Assembly (NCBI GenBank): GCA_963783305.1
Contig: CAWAMW010000007.1
Location: 416,001-480,000, forward strand
From: an uncultured Gemmatimonadales bacterium
GTDB lineage: Bacteria; Gemmatimonadota; Gemmatimonadetes; Longimicrobiales; RSA9
Direction: 5' to 3'
Length of the DNA stretch: 64,000 nt
Numbering within the stretch: the first letter of the stretch is position 1; every line of letters starts with the position of its first letter. This document shows, piece after piece, positions 48,840 to 56,946 of this stretch. Position numbers and translations under genes: made by a program. The notes beneath the pieces are model-generated. The model made no database searches and had not been told where the DNA came from. It was given only the letters and a program-made list of their open reading frames with translations.

Positions 48840-50294
48840 ATGTCGAGCATCGGCGGCATCCTCTCCACCGCGGCCACAGCGCTGCGGACCCATCAGAAGG
48901 CGCTGGCCGTCACCGCGCACAACATCAGCAACGCGCAGACGCCCGGCTACACACGGCAGCGCGCCGTCCTCCAGGCCACGGACCCCCTCGCCACCCCCGA
49001 CGGGATCATCGGGACCGGCGTCCGCCTCGCCGGCGTGGAACGCCTGCGCGAGCCCCTCCTCGACGATATCTATCGGCGCGAGTCCTCCGCCATGTCCGAG
49101 TTCTCTGAGCGCGCCACCCAGCTCGATGGCATCCAGAAGACCTTCGGCGAGCCGTCCGATACCGGCCTCCTCGCCACCCTCGATGCCTTCTGGAACGCCT
49201 GGAGCGACCTGGCCATGGATCCACAGAGCGCTGCCGCCCGCTCCGTGCTCCGCGAGCGCGCCGTTCAGCTGGGCGACCGCTTCAAGCAGGTGATCGATGG
49301 GCTCGATGAGCAGCGCGCGGGCGGCGAGCAGCGCCTCGGACAGCTGCTCGATCGGACCAACGAGCTGGGCGGCCACGTCGCCGACCTGAACGGCCGCATC
49401 ACCGCTGCGGAGTCGGCGGGCACCGTGGCCAGCGACCTGCGCGACGCGCGCGACATCGCTCTCGACGAGCTCGGCACCCTGGTCGAGACCCAGGTCGTCC
49501 ACCGGTCGGACGGGACCGTGGGCGTCTTCATCGAAGGACAGGCGCTCGTGGATGGCACCACCCACAGGATGCTGGGCGCCGTGGAGGCCGGCGCGGGGTT
49601 CGCCGGCGTGGCGTTCCCCGGCGCTTCCGCTCCCATCCGCAGCGCAGGCGGACGCGTGGGCGCCCTGGTGGGCATCCTGCGGAAGGAGACCGCCGAGCAA
49701 CCCGCGGGCGAGCTCGCCGCCACCCGCGAGGCCATCATCGCCCTCGCCGAAGAGCTGGTGGCGGAGGTCAACCGCATCCACTCCACGGGGACACCACCGG
49801 CCGGGCCCGACCCGGCCGGTGACTTCTTCAAGTCCGCTCTGGAAGGCGGACGCCCCGTCCTAACCGACGAGATCGCCGGTAACCTCGACTACATCGCCGC
49901 CGGCTCCGGCTCCGGCGGCCCTGTCGGTACGCGTGAGTACCTCGCCGGCACCACCGACGTGGCCCGGGCCATCGAGAAGCTGCGCACCCGCTCCATCGAT
50001 CCCCTCGAGCCGCTGCCGGTCTCCGGCGAGACGTCGAGTCCGCTGCCCTCGTACGGCGAGCGCTACAGCGCGCTCGTGGTCGGCATCGGCTCCAAGGTGG
50101 CCGGTGCACGCAGCTCCGCCCAGGTCCACGATACCCTCGCCCGCAGCGCCGACATCCGCCGCGACGAGGTCAGTGGCGTGTCCATCGATGAGGAGCTCAC
50201 CGCCATGATCCAGCAGCAGGCGGCCTACGGCGCCGCGGCCCGCGTGATCACACGCGTGGACGAGATGCTCCAGACCCTCCTGGGAATCGTATAG
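48840..50294 (+). CDS. flgK: Flagellar hook-associated protein 1 FlgK
   Basis: HNISNAQTPGYTRQ, FWNAWSDLA and SGVSIDEE motifs. Confidence 0.95.
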   Translation: MSSIGGILSTAATALRTHQKALAVTAHNISNAQTPGYTRQRAVLQATDPLATPDGIIGTGVRLAGVERLREPLLDDIYRRESSAMSEFSERATQLDGIQKTFGEPSDTGLLATLDAFWNAWSDLAMDPQSAAARSVLRERAVQLGDRFKQVIDGLDEQRAGGEQRLGQLLDRTNELGGHVADLNGRITAAESAGTVASDLRDARDIALDELGTLVETQVVHRSDGTVGVFIEGQALVDGTTHRMLGAVEAGAGFAGVAFPGASAPIRSAGGRVGALVGILRKETAEQPAGELAATREAIIALAEELVAEVNRIHSTGTPPAGPDPAGDFFKSALEGGRPVLTDEIAGNLDYIAAGSGSGGPVGTREYLAGTTDVARAIEKLRTRSIDPLEPLPVSGETSSPLPSYGERYSALVVGIGSKVAGARSSAQVHDTLARSADIRRDEVSGVSIDEELTAMIQQQAAYGAAARVITRVDEMLQTLLGIV

Positions 50295-50530
50295 TGCTCA
50301 TCCTCGGCCGCCGCCCCGGCGACGCCATTCTCATTGATGGCGGCATCAGGATCGTCGTCCTCTCCAACGAGGGCGGGACCGTGCGTCTGGGCATCGAGGC
50401 CCCGGACTCCGTGGGCATCGTGCGCGAGGAGATCGTCACGGAGATCACCCACGAGAACCGCCGGGCCAACGCCTCCGATCGCGCCCGCGCCTGGGCCGCT
50501 CGCCTCCCGCTCCGACCCGCCTCCGACTGA
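50294..50530 (+). CDS. csrA: Carbon storage regulator CsrA
   Basis: MLILGRRPGDAILI..VRLGIEAP..IVREEI plus C-terminal extension (ENRRA) typical of FliW-regulated CsrA. Confidence 0.92.
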   Translation: MLILGRRPGDAILIDGGIRIVVLSNEGGTVRLGIEAPDSVGIVREEIVTEITHENRRANASDRARAWAARLPLRPASD

Positions 50531-50542
50531 GCCACATCTCCC

Positions 50543-50569
50543 TTCAGTTCTGACCCCCACCGCCGATAC
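50543..50569 (+). promoter_or_regulatory. Sigma28-type promoter of motAB
   Basis: TTCAG-N14-GCCGATAC. Confidence 0.6.
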
Positions 50570-50615
50570 TCACCAGTCGAGCAGGGGAAAAGTACGCGAT
50601 CAACCGGGGCGGATC

Positions 50616-51470
50616 TTGTTCACGATCATCGGCTTCGCTGTCGTTTTCGGCAGCATCATCGTCGGGTACACCATGCATGGGGGCGATATGCGGATCCTCA
50701 TGCAGGTCTCGGAGTTCATCATCATCGGCGGGGCCGGACTGGGCGCGCTCATCGCGAGCAACAGGCCGTCCGACGTCCTCCGGGTCTTCAAGGAGACCGC
50801 CGGTCTGGTGAAGCCCAACCCGTTCACCCGGAAAGCGTACGAAGAGCTCCTCCAGGTGCTCTATGACCTCTTCTACGCCGCCAAGCGGGACGGCCTCATG
50901 GGGATCGAGCAGCATGTCGAGGACCCGGCCGGGAGCGAGCTGTTCAACAAGTATCCCACCGTCCAGAAGCAGCACCACGCCGTCGCCTTCCTCGCCGACA
51001 CCATGAAGGTGCTGCTCACGGGCGCGGTGGCGGACCACCACCTGGCGGAGATCCTCGACCTGGACATGGAAACGCAGCACGAGGCGGCCATGAAGCCGTC
51101 CACTGCGCTGGCCACGGTGGGCGACGCCATGCCCGGCTTCGGGATCGTGGCGGCCGTCCTCGGCGTGATCATCACCATGGGCCACATCGGCGGCGCTGCC
51201 GCCGAGATCGGACACTCCATCGCTGCCGCCCTGGTCGGGACCTTCCTCGGGATCCTCCTGGCCTACGGCGTCTTCGGCCCGCTCAGCGAGGCGCTCGCCG
51301 TTCGGGTCGCCGCCGAGGAGTCGTACATGGGCGTGATCCGTACCGCGCTGCTGAGCTTCGCCCGGGGCGACCCCCCGATCACCAGCGTGGAGTTTGCCCG
51401 CCGCAACATCGAGCCGGAGGACCGGCCGTCGTTCGCGGAGCTGGAGGACATGACCCGCAGGAAGGGCTGA
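50616..51470 (+). CDS. motA: Flagellar stator protein MotA
   Basis: TTG start; EFIIIGGA, PGFGIVAAVLG and ALVGTFLGILLAYG motifs. Confidence 0.95.
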   Translation: MFTIIGFAVVFGSIIVGYTMHGGDMRILMQVSEFIIIGGAGLGALIASNRPSDVLRVFKETAGLVKPNPFTRKAYEELLQVLYDLFYAAKRDGLMGIEQHVEDPAGSELFNKYPTVQKQHHAVAFLADTMKVLLTGAVADHHLAEILDLDMETQHEAAMKPSTALATVGDAMPGFGIVAAVLGVIITMGHIGGAAAEIGHSIAAALVGTFLGILLAYGVFGPLSEALAVRVAAEESYMGVIRTALLSFARGDPPITSVEFARRNIEPEDRPSFAELEDMTRRKG

Positions 51471-51480
51471 GGAGGACGGG

Positions 51481-52341
51481 ATGAGCGAGCAGGGAGGGGC
51501 GGGCGGAAAGCCGACGGTGATCCGGGTCGTCAAGAAGAAGAAGGCCCACGGCGGGCATCACGGCGGCTCCTGGAAAGTGGCCTACGCCGATTTCGTCACC
51601 GCCATGATGGCGTTCTTCCTGGTGATGTGGATCATGGGCATGGAGCAAAACGTCAAGGACATGGTCCAGGGCTATTTCAACAACCCCATCGGCTTCCGGA
51701 AGGCCCAGTCGGGTGGGCGGAACTTCATGTCCGTCGCCAACTCACCCGCCAACATGAACGTGGACCGCGTCATCCTCATGTCCAAGGAGTACCAGCAGGA
51801 AGAGTTCGACCGCGCCCGCGACCAGATCATGGCCAAGCTCGAGGGCAGCCCCGACCTGGAAGGCCTGGCCGACCAGATCGAGATCCTCATCACCGATGAG
51901 GGGCTCCGCATCGAGCTGGTCGAGGACTCCGGCGGCGAGACCTTCTTTCCGTTCGCCTCCGCCAACTTGAAATCGTCCGCTGAGCGGCTCCTCATGCTCA
52001 TCGGACCCGAGCTCGACGCCCTCCGGAACGGCGTGGTGCTCGAAGGCCATACCGACGCCGTGCCCTTCGGCCGTCCCGGCTACACCAACTGGGAGCTCTC
52101 CACCGACCGCGCCCACGCCGCTCGCAGAGCCCTGGAGGCCAGCGGCTACCGCGCCTCCAAGGTCCTCGAGGTCCGCGGCTACGCCGATCGATCGCTCCGC
52201 GTCCCCGACGACCCCCGGGATCCGCGCAACCGTCGCATCACCATGCTCCTCCCGTTCCGCAACCATGTGCTCCCTTCCATCGAGCTGGGAGAACCACGGC
52301 CGCGCAACGACGAAATCAACGTCAGCTACGGATCAGAATGA
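51481..52341 (+). CDS. motB: Flagellar stator protein MotB
   Basis: WKVAYADFVTAMMAFFLVMW, OmpA-like GHTD, NWELS..RA and NRRI. Confidence 0.95.
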   Translation: MSEQGGAGGKPTVIRVVKKKKAHGGHHGGSWKVAYADFVTAMMAFFLVMWIMGMEQNVKDMVQGYFNNPIGFRKAQSGGRNFMSVANSPANMNVDRVILMSKEYQQEEFDRARDQIMAKLEGSPDLEGLADQIEILITDEGLRIELVEDSGGETFFPFASANLKSSAERLLMLIGPELDALRNGVVLEGHTDAVPFGRPGYTNWELSTDRAHAARRALEASGYRASKVLEVRGYADRSLRVPDDPRDPRNRRITMLLPFRNHVLPSIELGEPRPRNDEINVSYGSE

Positions 52342-53597
52342 GCACCCACGAGGAGACCCGGCAGATCTATCTCGCGCGTCAGCCCATCTTCGACGACGAG
52401 AGTCGCGTCCACGGCTACGAGCTCCTCTACCGGAGCACCGAGTCCGCCAACTCCGCGGAGGGGCCCACCAGTGCCATGGGACCCAGCATGATGGTGGACT
52501 CCCTCCTCGGCATGGGCCTCGCCGAGGTCACCGGCGGGCGCCCCGCGTACATCAAGGTCTCGCGCCACATGCTGCTCGAGGGCTCCGTCGAGCTCTTCGA
52601 TCCGCACCAGGTCGTCCTGGAGATCCCCGGGACCGTGGAAAGCGATCCCCAGGTCATCGCCGCCCTCGAGTCGCTCTCCAGCGCCGGCTACCGCATCGCC
52701 CTGGATGGGTTCCGCCATACACCCGACTCCGCCGCGCTCCTGCTCCTCGCCACGGTCGTCAAGCTCGACATGCTGCAGCACACTCCCGACCAGCTCCTGG
52801 AGGTCGTCGAGCGCGTCCGGCCCTATGGCCCCGCACTCCTCGCCGAGAAGGTCGAGGATGGGGAGGCGCATCAGCGCGCCAGCCACCTCGGCTTCAGCTA
52901 TTTCCAGGGGTTCCACTTCAGCCGACCCCAGACCCTCGCCCGGCGCGACCTCCCCGTCGAGCAGCTGAACGTCATGCGACTCCTCAACGTCATCAACGAC
53001 CCGGATACCTCCGACCTCGCCCTCGAACGCATCTTCCGCGGAGACATCTCCCTCTCCTACAAGCTCCTCCGCATGGTCAACTCCGCCGCCATGGGCGGCC
53101 GCGGCATCTCCTCCATCGACCACGCCATCCGCCTGCTCGGACGAAAATCACTCTACCGATGGCTCGCCCTCATGCTCGCCTCCGGTGCCTCCAGCAGCGG
53201 CCCCAGGGGGAGCTCGCCCACAGCGCCCTCCTCCGCGCACGCATGGCCGAGACGGATCGCTCTCGAAAGCGGCCACACCGGTGAGGCCCCGGCACTCTAT
53301 CTGACCGGGCTGTTCTCCCGACTCGATGCCCTCCTCGGCGCGCCCATGCCCGACCTCCTCGACCGCCTCGACCTCAGACCCGAGGTCCATCAGGCCCTCT
53401 CCTCCCGCCGCGGACCCCTCGCCCCCGTACTCTCCCTTGTCGAGGCCTACGAGGGCGGCCACTGGCTCGAGCTCCCCGCACTCGTCAAGGCCGCACGCGC
53501 CACCGCCATCGACCTCCGCGAGATCTACATCGACTCCCTCCGCGACGCCGACCGTCACCTCCAGGCGCTCGAGAAGCAGCCCGCGGCAGTGGCGTAG
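52338..53597 (+). CDS. EAL-HDOD domain protein (YuxH/PdeH-like)
   Basis: ARQPI, YELLYR, LAEKVE and QGFHFSRP, then HDOD (SYKLLRMVNS, GLFSRLDALL). Confidence 0.9.
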   Translation: MSTHEETRQIYLARQPIFDDESRVHGYELLYRSTESANSAEGPTSAMGPSMMVDSLLGMGLAEVTGGRPAYIKVSRHMLLEGSVELFDPHQVVLEIPGTVESDPQVIAALESLSSAGYRIALDGFRHTPDSAALLLLATVVKLDMLQHTPDQLLEVVERVRPYGPALLAEKVEDGEAHQRASHLGFSYFQGFHFSRPQTLARRDLPVEQLNVMRLLNVINDPDTSDLALERIFRGDISLSYKLLRMVNSAAMGGRGISSIDHAIRLLGRKSLYRWLALMLASGASSSGPRGSSPTAPSSAHAWPRRIALESGHTGEAPALYLTGLFSRLDALLGAPMPDLLDRLDLRPEVHQALSSRRGPLAPVLSLVEAYEGGHWLELPALVKAARATAIDLREIYIDSLRDADRHLQALEKQPAAVA

Positions 53598-53647
53598 CAG
53601 GAGTAGGAGGCAGGAGTAGGAGGCAGGAGTAGGAGGCAGGAGTAGGA
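53597..53647 (+). repeat. 13-nt tandem repeat GCAGGAGTAGGAG x3.9
   Basis: Units at 53597, 53610, 53623 and 53636, read directly. Confidence 0.9.
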
Positions 53648-53678
53648 CCCGGCGCCCGCTCGGTGCCGGGTCCTTTCC
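53644..53678 (+). terminator. Terminator hairpin after the repeat
   Basis: AGGACCCGGCGCC-cgctc-GGTGCCGGGTCCT-TTCC. Confidence 0.7.
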
Positions 53679-53684
53679 ATCCCT

Positions 53685-53718
53685 CAGCGAGCGCAGCGAG
53701 CGGCCCGTTAAAGTCCCG
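53685..53718 (+). repeat. Direct repeat copy 1 of the fliC promoter upstream/-35 element
   Basis: CAGCGAGCG-CAGCGAGCGGCCCGTTAAAGTCCCG versus 54537-54571 CAGCGAGCGTCAGCGAGCGACCCGTTAAAGTCCCG. Confidence 0.8.
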
Positions 53719-53778
53719 TGGAGACAAGCTGACGGAGAAGTAACCGGAAGGCGGAAGCAGCAGGCGGGACAGGACGAG

Positions 53779-54462
53779 TCAGAAGTCGCTACGGCTCAGC
53801 GCGTACGCCGCAAACAGCACGATCCCGCCGAGAACGCCGGTACCGGCAGCCGCGGCGGTGCTGCCGGCGCTGGCACCGACGTACAGGCCCTGGTGGAAGC
53901 CGGCTTCCCGGTGGAAGTCCCTGTCTGAACCCGCGCGAGCGTACGCGCCCTCCCACCGGGTGAAGACCGAGAAGTGGTCGGCCATGTTGAGACGGGCTCC
54001 CACCGTCGGACCCCACCCGGTGCCCGAACCGAACCGCTCGTTGATTCCGGTGTCGACGGCGCCCGCCTCGAGCTCGACGCTCATGCGAGGCCTCAGCCAC
54101 CGCCGCGCACGCACCCGGATCCCCGTGAGTGGACCCGGTGAACCGGTCCCGAGGCTCACCGTGCCGCCCAGGGCCCACTCCTGAGTCAGGTTGCGCATGG
54201 CTCCCAGGTGCCACTTCAGCTCGTTCTCGAAGGCCGGGTACTCAGTGGTCACCACCGAGCTCTCGTGGACGAGCGTCGTGGAAGCCACAGCCACCGCACC
54301 CTCGAGCTCGAAGAGCGCAAACCCGCGACACGCCGGCAACGCCTTCCCGCGCCAGCAGAAGGCATCCGGCACCGTCCCGGGCACCGCCTGGCCCTGCAGA
54401 CCCGTGGCGGATGGCGCCAGGAGCCCCACCGCCAACCCAACCGCGACCCGCAGTCCTCTCAT
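53779..54462 (-). CDS. Hypothetical exported beta-strand-rich protein (possible outer-membrane barrel)
   Basis: Signal peptide, Cys pair, alternating hydrophobic strands and a hydrophobic C-terminal helix. Confidence 0.65.
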   Translation of the reverse strand: MRGLRVAVGLAVGLLAPSATGLQGQAVPGTVPDAFCWRGKALPACRGFALFELEGAVAVASTTLVHESSVVTTEYPAFENELKWHLGAMRNLTQEWALGGTVSLGTGSPGPLTGIRVRARRWLRPRMSVELEAGAVDTGINERFGSGTGWGPTVGARLNMADHFSVFTRWEGAYARAGSDRDFHREAGFHQGLYVGASAGSTAAAAGTGVLGGIVLFAAYALSRSDF

Positions 54463-54561
54463 GACAGCCCCCTGTCAACACGCCCAATCGCCCGAACATA
54501 CCGCCGCCCCATTCAAACCCGCGACCCGCCCCCCAACAGCGAGCGTCAGCGAGCGACCCGT

Positions 54562-54588
54562 TAAAGTCCCGATTCCCCCCGCCGATAT
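54562..54588 (+). promoter_or_regulatory. Sigma28 promoter of flagellin
   Basis: TAAAG-N14-GCCGATAT, near consensus. Confidence 0.85.
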
Positions 54589-54624
54589 ACCTCTCAGTCG
54601 GTCGAATGAAGCGGCCGTAAAAGA

Positions 54625-54660
54625 GGGGCAGGGAAGCCCCGCTAACTCTCAGGGATGGAG
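54625..54660 (+). promoter_or_regulatory. Two CsrA-type binding hairpins in the fliC leader
   Basis: GGGGC-AGGGAA-GCCCC and CTCTC-AGGGAT-GGAG, both ANGGAN loops; the second overlaps the SD. Confidence 0.7.
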
Positions 54661-54668
54661 AAACAACC

Positions 54669-55843
54669 ATGCGGATCAACACCAACGTCGCCGCCCTCAA
54701 CTCTCAGCGGATCCTCGGCCAGACGAACGCCGCCGCCGCCAAGCAGATCGGCCGCCTGTCCTCGGGCTTCCGGATCAACCGCGCGGCGGACGACGCCGCC
54801 GGCCTCGGGATCGCGAACAAGCTGCGGGCGGATATCCGCTCCATGACGCAGGCCTCGCGGAACGCCGAGCAGGGCAACTCGCATGCTGCAGGTCACGGAA
54901 GGCGCGGCGCAGACGGTCCAGAACATCGTGGAGCGGATGAAGGAACTGGCGACGCAGGCCGCTTCCGACAACGTCAGGCGACTCCGGCGCGTGTTCAGAT
55001 CGACGCCGAGTTCCAGAAGCTGCGCGAGGAGCTGGACCGGATGGTGGATACCACCAAGTTCCAGGGCGAGAAGCTGCTGGACGGCAGCTTCGGCGCGAAG
55101 CTTAGACGCGGCTGACAGCACGGCCACGACCGCTGCACGACGGCGCAGCGGCTCGGCGGCGAGATTCGTCGACACGACTCCATCAGCCTCGACGGCGCGA
55201 CACCGGAACGTACAGCTCGGTGACATGCAGAGACGGTCCCGATCCGCTGCACAGACGGACGGTCCGAGCAACGACTTCAGCCGGCACCGACGGCACGGAC
55301 AGATGTCGACATTTGACGAGTTCGGAATCAGCTTGGACGTCATGGACGACGTCGCAGGTGACCGGCCTGGCACGCGGGCGCAGCAACATCGATGGCGATG
55401 TGACGTAGTGGCAGCCAGGGCACCTCGACCTTCCTGGTCAGCTCGAGCGGCGACTACAAGACGGCAACGATCTCGTCGTCCCTGAGCCGCTGCTCTGACC
55501 TAGCGCCACTGACACCTGGGAATCGATAGCAGCGCGATTGCAGAGCTCAACGACCGCGTCGAACGCGCAGGAGGCGCTGGACGATGCATCGATGACGCGA
55601 TCGGCACGATCACCGACGCGCTTCGGTGACATTGGTGCCGCGCAGAACCGGCTCGAGTACGCCACGCAGAACGTGAAGACCTCGATCGAGAACTTCGCGG
55701 CGGCGGAGTCCACCATCCGCGACGCCGACATGGCGGCCGAGATGACGGAGCTGAGCCGCGTGCAGATCCTCCAGCAGGCGGGTACGGCCATGCTGGCGCA
55801 GGCCAACCAGGCCCCGCAGGGAGTCCTGCAGCTCCTGCGGTAA
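54669..55843 (+). pseudogene. fliC: Flagellin with multiple frameshifts (true pseudogene or consensus error)
   Basis: MRINTNVAAL..LSSGFRINRAADDAAG, ERMKELATQAASD and GAAQNRLE..IRDADMAAEM..AMLAQANQ lie in three different frames. Confidence 0.85.
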
Positions 55844-55882
55844 CCTTCACGCTGGCGGCCCTCGGGCCACGGCAGGAGACGC

Positions 55883-55920
55883 GAACCGGCGTCGGGCTCA
55901 GCCCGGCGCCGGTTCCGTTT
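55883..55920 (+). terminator. Terminator after fliC
   Basis: GAACCGGCGTCGGGCT-c-AGCCCGGCGCCGGTTC-cgttt. Confidence 0.7.
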
Positions 55921-55968
55921 GGCCAGGCTGCGTGGGCCGATTGGACGCCCCGAATGATCTCTCGACGC

Positions 55969-56000
55969 CATGGTAGAAATCAAGGTAGACTTCTACCATG
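55969..56000. promoter_or_regulatory. Palindromic operator of the vapBC module
   Basis: CATGGTAGAA-N12-TTCTACCATG with an additional internal GGTAGA half-site. Confidence 0.65.
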
Positions 56001-56014
56001 ACGAAAGGGGCACC

Positions 56015-56269
56015 ATGGCACTGAATATCAAGAACGAAGAAACGTACCGTCTGGTGCAGAAACTGGCGGACGAGACGGGGGAGAGCCTCACCGAGGCGGT
56101 GACGGTGGCCGTGCGTGAACGCCTGGAGTCCTTGCACCGGAAGCACCGGCGTCAGGAGGTAGTCCAGAGCGTTCAGGAGATTCAGGAGTTCGTGCGGAGC
56201 CTGCCTGAAGTGGATCGTCGCAGCGCCGAGGATGTCCTCGGATACGACGACTACGGGCTTCCGCGGTAA
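56015..56269 (+). CDS. vapB: Type II TA antitoxin, VapB (Rv0623-like)
   Basis: MALNIKNEET..LA..TGESLTEAV..AVRERL and C-terminal LGYDDYGLP; precedes a PIN gene. Confidence 0.88.
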   Translation: MALNIKNEETYRLVQKLADETGESLTEAVTVAVRERLESLHRKHRRQEVVQSVQEIQEFVRSLPEVDRRSAEDVLGYDDYGLPR

Positions 56270-56274
56270 AGCCG

Positions 56275-56670
56275 ATGGTCATCGATACGTCCGCGCTGCT
56301 GGCGATTCTGCTATCGGAACCCGGAGCGCTGGTCCTTGCGCAGGAGATCGCCGCTGCGGACCGCCGTCTGGTGGGCGCGCCGACACTGGTCGAGGCGGCC
56401 GCGGTCATGCTGGCTCGCAAGGGCAGGGAGGGGGTCATCGCGCTGGACGCGCTTCTCGCCCGCCTCGGCATCGAGATCGTCCCCATGTCACCGGCCGCAG
56501 CCGAGTTCGCCCGGGAAGCCTACAGCCGCTATGGCACGGGCGTCGGTTCGCCCGCCGTCCTGAACTACGGAGACCTCCTCGCGTATGGTGTGGCTCGAGC
56601 GGAAGACGAACCGCTCCTGTTCAAGGGTGAGGACTTCCCTCAGACCGACATCACTTCGACCCGGCGGTAG
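56275..56670 (+). CDS. vapC: Type II TA toxin VapC (PIN domain)
   Basis: VIDTSALLAIL..E, LNYGD..AY and LLFKGEDF acidic PIN motif. Confidence 0.93.
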   Translation: MVIDTSALLAILLSEPGALVLAQEIAAADRRLVGAPTLVEAAAVMLARKGREGVIALDALLARLGIEIVPMSPAAAEFAREAYSRYGTGVGSPAVLNYGDLLAYGVARAEDEPLLFKGEDFPQTDITSTRR

Positions 56671-56859
56671 ACCCGCCTGAGATCGCGCGCCGCGATCAGC
56701 ATTTCCCGGTTCGTGGTTCCTGGCGTCGCGGGAAAGTGCGGTCGGCGGCCTCCGCCGCCGGGTTGAGCACACGCGCGGGCCAGCCCCTTCGACGCCGCGC
56801 CTCGCGCGGTCGCCTCGCGCGCAGCGCGGGCGATCGACCCTCGAACGGCCATAGCGCCC

Positions 56860-56886
56860 TAAAGTATCCGCCCCCCCGGCCGATCA
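56860..56886 (+). promoter_or_regulatory. Sigma28 promoter of the fliD-fliS operon
   Basis: TAAAG-N14-GCCGATCA. Confidence 0.8.
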
Positions 56887-56946
56887 TCCCGCATAGAAGT
56901 CTCAGATCCACGATCGGGCGGGACGCCGCCCGGAGGACGGAACACA

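Noticed and set aside
53597..53647. Possible CRISPR array
   Set aside because: The 13-nt units are contiguous with no spacers, and no cas genes are present.
54669..55843. Programmed frameshifting, invertase phase variation or DGR targeting of fliC
   Set aside because: Indels are numerous and not at slippery repeats; no recombinase, reverse transcriptase or template repeat in the window.
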